64,000 nucleotides of DNA, taken from the human T2T-CHM13v2.0 reference genome, Homo sapiens. The stretch lies in NCBI RefSeq assembly GCF_009914755.1, contig NC_060948.1; one strand, given 5' to 3'. Shown here in pieces: positions 60,760-64,000 of the stretch (position 1 is the stretch's first letter; each line of letters opens with the position of its first letter). The notes under the pieces were generated by a model that saw nothing but the letters and a program-made list of their open reading frames with translations, did no database searches and was not told the origin of the DNA. The translations under genes and the position numbers were made by a program.

Positions 60760-62150
60760 TAGGATGGCTATCATCAAAAAGTCAAAAATAATAAACATTG
60801 GTAAGGATGTGGAGAAAAGGAAACCCTTGTACACTATTGGTGAGAATATAGACTGGTACAGCCACTATGGAAAACAGTATGAAGATTTCAAAAGAATTAA
60901 AAATAGAACTACTATATGACCCAGCAATCTCTCTTCTAGGTATATATCCAAAAGAAATGAAACTGCCACCTTGTGAAGGTATCTCTACTGCCAATTTTAT
61001 TGCAGTAGTATTCACAAAAGCTGAGATATGGAAACATCCTGTTTGCTGACAGATGGATGGATACACACATGTAGTAGATATATACAATGAAATATTACTC
61101 AGTCTTAAAAAACAAGATCTCAACATTTGCTCAACATAGATAAAACTGGGGGACATTGTGTTAAGTGAAATAAGCCAGAGACAGAAAGCAAAATACTGCA
61201 TGATCTCAGTTATACGTGGAATCTAAAAATAAAAAATTCAAATGTAGATAGATACACTTGTTCTCTATCAAAACAGTGGTTACCAGGGAGGGTGTTGAGG
61301 GAAGGAAGAAATAGGGAGATGAGGTTAGAGCAGCAGTCTCCAACCTTTTTGGCAGCAGGGACGGGTATCATGCGAGACAAATTTACCATGGATTGGGAGC
61401 AGGGTCAAGGGCGGGGAGGATGGTTTCATGATGATTCAAGCTGATTACATTTATTGTGCAGTTTATTTCAATTATGATTACATAGTAATACATAATGAAA
61501 TAATTCTACAACTCACCATCATGTAGAATCAGTGGAGCCCTGAGCTTGTTTTCCTGCAACTAGATGGTCCCATCTGGGGGTTATGGGAGACAGTGACAGA
61601 TCATCGGGCATCAAATTCTCACAAAGAGTGCACAACCTAGATCCCTTCCATGTGCAGTTCATGATAGGGTTCACACAGAATCTAATGCTGCCACTGATCT
61701 GAAAGAAGGCAGAGCTCAGACAGTAATGTGAGCCATGGAGGACATCTGTAAAAAAGATGAAGCTTCTCTGGCTTGCCCGTTGCTCACCTCCTGCTGTGCA
61801 GGCTGGTTCCTACCAGGCCAAGGACTGGTTCTGGTCCCTGGCCTAGGGGTTGGTGACCTCTGGGTTAGAAGATACAAAATAGCAGGCATATAGAATGACC
61901 AAGTCTAGTGGGCTGATGTTCCATGTGAAAACTACAGGGAGTAACATTGTAGTGCATTTGGGATTCTTGCTAAAGCAGTAGATTTTAGCTGTTCTTGCCA
62001 AAAAACAAGAACAAAAAATGGGTAACTATGTGACTTGATGGATAGGCTAATTTATTTCATTATAGTAACCTTTTTATTATCCAAATGTATCTCATAACAT
62101 CAGGCTGTATAACTTAAATATACAGAATAAGTTTATTGTTTTTTTAAAAA
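60760..62150 (+). mobile_element. L1MA/MB 3' end interrupted by MER1A
   Basis: ORF2 C-terminal peptides RMAIIKKSK and LKIELLYDPAISLLGIYPKE, then an old 3'UTR. Confidence 0.88.
61331..61862. mobile_element. MER1A (hAT-Charlie)
   Basis: CAGCAGTCTCCAACCTTTTTGG...GGGGTTGGTGACCTCTG; 8-bp TSD GGTTAGA(G/A); homologous to 12162-12692. Confidence 0.92.
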
Positions 62151-63569
62151 GAGTATATAAGAAAGGGAAGAATATATTCTGTTGTTCAAGCCTTTTGCAC
62201 TAAGCAGGTCCTTTGGAATAAAATTACAAAATGAATTGTCATTGCAATTATGTTCAATTTGTAAAACCCACCAGAGAGAGAGTCATTGCAAGGACTGAGA
62301 TTCTTGAGGTTACAGGGTCTGTTTCTTATTTACTTTTGCTTTCCCAGCACCTAGGATAGTACCTGACACAAAGCAGGCACTCAGTAAATGTGTGCGTAAA
62401 AACAACAGTAAACAAGGAATATTTTTTTTGTAACTCCAAAGGAATTAGAAGCTCAGCTGTGCCTCTGTAGGGAAAGCCCCAGAGATTTAGCTATGAAAAC
62501 AAAGACAACATCAACAGAGATTCATCCTTTCCAAGTTTTCCTGGAGCCTTATAATCAGCCTATTACCTGACTGCTTGAGGAATTATTGGCCCTATCACTT
62601 GATGAGATGCCCAGGGAAAAATGACCAGGACAGCAGGGTTGAAATGCTCTAATTACTAAGAGAATGAACATCATGATAAGACATAAACCAGAATGCTACA
62701 CACATGGACTTAATGAACTACAGAGTCCTCATTCAAGACAGAAGTCTTCACGTTTTCATAAACACAAAGGTGAGATGACATTTCTTGCCCAAATTTACCA
62801 AATAGCTCTCTCATGTTCCTTCCTTTATTGGACATGGAGGCTTTGTAGAAAATAATGAAAATTTTATTCCTCAAGTGACCCCAGAATTATACAATGCCTA
62901 CAAATGCAACCCCAAATAGCACATTTTTGTTTTTTGATGTTCTTTTATTAAGAGTGTCACATGGTCTATGTACAAAGTGGTATGGTCTATGAACAAAGCT
63001 GTTAGCAAGGATATAAAAAAAGTACATGTGGTTTTGTAATTTTTACATTGACATATCCCTAAACTACAGCAATCTTGTAATTTGTCACCCACATTGTGGG
63101 TGATTAAAGGGGGGTGTGGTGTTTATTAATTTTATGAGCATTGATGTAAATTAGAACTGTCTGAGGAAAGCCAGGACGAAGCCACCCTACCAAGAGTAGG
63201 TAAGAAAATGAAATAAATTGTGGTCTATCTGTATCCTGGGATTCTATTCAGCCTTGAAAAGGAATGAAGTCTTGACACATGGTATAACATGCAAGAACCA
63301 CAAAACACTACAAGAAGTGAGAGAAGCTGGCCACAAAAGACCCCATAGTACATGACTGTATTTACATGAAATATCAAGAATCACTTAATCTCAAAACCCA
63401 GAAGGCAGAGTGGTAGTTGTACGTAGGGCTTGGGAGCAAAAGGAAAGCAGAATGCCTGCTTAGTGGGTATGGGGTGTCCTTTTGGTGTGATGAGAAAATT
63501 CTGAAACTGGATCATGGCAGTGGTTTTACAATATTGCAAGTGTAATATACACCACTAAGTTGTGCACTT

Positions 63570-63932
<363 letters not shown>

Positions 63933-63938
63933 TGACAT

Positions 63939-64000
63939 GGCCGGGTGCAGTGGCTCACACCTGTAATCCCAGCATTTTGGGAGGCCGAGGTGGGCAGATC
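63939..64000 (+). mobile_element. Alu 5' end, continues off the right edge
   Basis: GGCCGGGTGCAGTGGCTCACACCTGTAATCCCAGC. Confidence 0.92.

Overview
Repeat-dense primate (very likely human) genomic DNA, intergenic or deep intronic. No intact host protein-coding gene is recognisable; the longer ORFs in the track are L1, HERV-H, Alu or low-complexity translations. Main contents: (1) the 5' end of a probably full-length L1PA (minus strand, 1-2303); (2) a ~6.5 kb deleted-type HERV-H provirus (22923-29472) with both LTR7-type LTRs, a 5-bp TSD, a Phe-like rather than His primer-binding site, and a young AluYd8-type insertion in pol; (3) two 5'-inverted (twin-primed) L1s, one hosting an AluY that itself hosts a MER9 solo LTR; (4) solo LTRs (LTR8, MER4, MER41 with two intact GAS motifs, THE1, MLT2A, MLT1/MST); (5) two MER1A elements with 8-bp TSDs, MER2, MER20s, more than 25 Alus, a ~50-bp minisatellite derived from an MLT2 LTR, and several STRs. 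One ~1.1 kb non-repeat segment (40410-41530) looks like decayed coding sequence that I could not identify. I do not see convincing evidence for a previously undescribed biological system; the findings concern transposon nesting, insertion mechanics and candidate regulatory elements. Subfamily names come from recalled consensus sequences, not from a search, and boundaries without a TSD are approximate.
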